Positions 13,752 through 15,137 of a DNA stretch of 15,137 bases are shown in pieces. The notes below the pieces were generated by a model. It did not search any database. It was not told the origin of the DNA and saw only the letters and a list, made by a program, of their open reading frames with translations. Position numbers and translations under genes: made by a program. Source of the stretch: Candidatus Thorarchaeota archaeon (GTDB lineage Archaea; Asgardarchaeota; Thorarchaeia; Thorarchaeales; Thorarchaeaceae); the NCBI GenBank assembly GCA_016839605.1, contig JAEOTX010000117.1:1-15137 (forward strand), given 5' to 3'. Each line of letters opens with the position of its first letter. Within the stretch, counting starts at the first letter, position 1.

Positions 13752-15137
13752 TCATTTTGACTTCAGAATTACGTCGCTCACAAACGATTCGAAATCCTCA
13801 ACGCACTCTGCTATTGCCATCCCTTCCTCCAGACAGGAATGTTCAGTATATGCCTGCAGAGCCTTCCCCAATTCAAGTATGAGAGAGGGGCTCTCTTTCT
13901 GATTGAAATAGATTTCACGGACAGACTGAATCCCAGTGAGTGCAGCTTCTCTAGGTGTCATTTCTGAAACCGCTGTCGCTACTGGCTTCTTCTTACTGCA
14001 GACTAGAATTACATTCTGGTTGATGCCGTGTGCTCTGACGCCGCTGGGTGTTTCACCATGTGTTGGATAAGCGGCTTCGACATAGAATCCTGCATTCATG
14101 AGAATTCGTAGGATAGCCGTCCATGCTTTGAGCCGTTTATGCTGATAGACAAAGACAAGCTTTGCCTCATCCTTTAGCACCCTATGGATCTCTTCATAGA
14201 CACGGGTCATCGACTCTACAAAGAAATCAGCATCTTTGCCAGTCTTGTTGTGTACAAGAATCTCCTCTTCGCTGTTGCTGGATTTCCTGCTGAATGGAAA
14301 TGGGTATGACTCCCGTAGTTGTTCACGCAGCCATACATAGAAGAAATCCGAGAGTTCAGAGTACATGATGTTATCATAATAGGGAGGATCAGTGATTACT
14401 GCATCAACGGTCTTGTCAGGAATGAAAGACAAGTCCTCTGACGATTGGCATTTCAGTAGCGTGTTTTCTCTCTGTTTAAGGTCCTTGAAGTCATCAACAA
14501 ACTCGGCTCTGATCTTGCCGCCAACGTTCACTCTTTCTCTGATTCTGATTTGTTTGCCTTCTTCAATTCCTCCATCTGTGAATCGAATTTCGTAAGGTAA
14601 TCGCTGATATTTGAGGGCTCTAATGCCTTTCGCGACATATCTGCTAAAGGAGCCTCTTCCCACCTTAGTTCCCCATACATTGTTCTCAACTGGAGTAGTC
14701 GGTGGGGAAAAGTAGTGTCCGCCAAAGAGAGGCTCAAGCTTTGATGCATGAGTATTATAGATGCAGAACATGTTGTTGGCATTGAGAGAGTCTGAGAATG
14801 TGAGGAGGAGAAATTCTCTAACAGCCTTCTCTCGCACTTTCAGAATCTGCTCCAAAATCATGGAGAGAGCGAGCAACTGACGTGAATTGAAGAAATCACA
14901 AAATCTCTTGTATACAACACATCGTGGTCGCATCGTGGCCATTTTGGTCCAAGGAACCTCATCATCCGGAATCAGTGTGCCTGTTAGATTGTCCTTTCTC
15001 AGATTATACTCTCTTTCTGCATCAGCGACTCGTTTGAGGTCGGTTTTGCTCGGGGTCTTGTATTCTCTCCCGCATTCCTTACAGTAAATTTCAAGCGCGT
15101 AGGGCCTTTCAACAGGCGGTGTATTTCTAGCTAGCCA
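13752..15137 (-). CDS. Adenine-specific DNA methyltransferase, DUF1156/COG1743-like (Zn-ribbon containing), 5' truncated by window edge
   Basis: The frame stays open from 14942 to the window end (WLARNTPPVERPYALEIYCKECGREYKTP...). Motifs 'DFFNSRQLLAL', 'PVENNVWG', 'VITDPPYYDNIMYSELSDFFYVWLR', 'RVLK....VFVYQH....AW'. Confidence 0.88.
   Translation of the reverse strand, partial: WLARNTPPVERPYALEIYCKECGREYKTPSKTDLKRVADAEREYNLRKDNLTGTLIPDDEVPWTKMATMRPRCVVYKRFCDFFNSRQLLALSMILEQILKVREKAVREFLLLTFSDSLNANNMFCIYNTHASKLEPLFGGHYFSPPTTPVENNVWGTKVGRGSFSRYVAKGIRALKYQRLPYEIRFTDGGIEEGKQIRIRERVNVGGKIRAEFVDDFKDLKQRENTLLKCQSSEDLSFIPDKTVDAVITDPPYYDNIMYSELSDFFYVWLREQLRESYPFPFSRKSSNSEEEILVHNKTGKDADFFVESMTRVYEEIHRVLKDEAKLVFVYQHKRLKAWTAILRILMNAGFYVEAAYPTHGETPSGVRAHGINQNVILVCSKKKPVATAVSEMTPREAALTGIQSVREIYFNQKESPSLILELGKALQAYTEHSCLEEGMAIAECVEDFESFVSDVILKSK

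Noticed and set aside
222-15087. Short overlapping or antisense ORFs in the track (e.g. 222..599, 3747..4067, 7137..7409, 9977..10294, 10053..10430, 11237..11590, 14528..14782, 14887..15087)
   Set aside because: They are shadows of well-supported genes on the other strand or frame, with no independent motifs.

Overview
Gene-dense prokaryotic window, most likely archaeal. GGTGA/GGAG-type Shine-Dalgarno motifs, TATA-like boxes, a membrane-anchored NosD/CASH beta-helix protein and a tandem Lrp/AsnC-type regulator fit an Asgard archaeon such as Thorarchaeota (inference only). Left to right: 3' part of a DUF169-family gene; a ~1.6 kb block bracketed by an exact 21-bp direct repeat, which is the right arm of a decayed palindrome, carrying a translationally coupled pair (unknown protein plus HEPN-like protein with altered conserved residues) and a small orphan membrane protein; a class I SAM methyltransferase; two iron-sulfur flavoprotein/flavodoxin paralogues flanking the beta-helix surface protein; an AlkA-type glycosylase; a multi-pass membrane protein; a Cys/Met-metabolism PLP lyase; a CxxC thioredoxin-fold protein; an adenosine deaminase; a divergent pair of wHTH regulators; and two convergent DNA adenine methyltransferases (a short Type III Mod-like enzyme with no adjacent Res, and a DUF1156/COG1743-like enzyme running off the window). 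The best novelty candidates are the repeat-bounded HEPN cassette, a 77-nt structured element at 9186-9262, and the nuclease-free methyltransferase pair. No rRNA, tRNA, CRISPR array, transposase or integrase was recognised. All family calls come from motif recognition by eye, not database searches.
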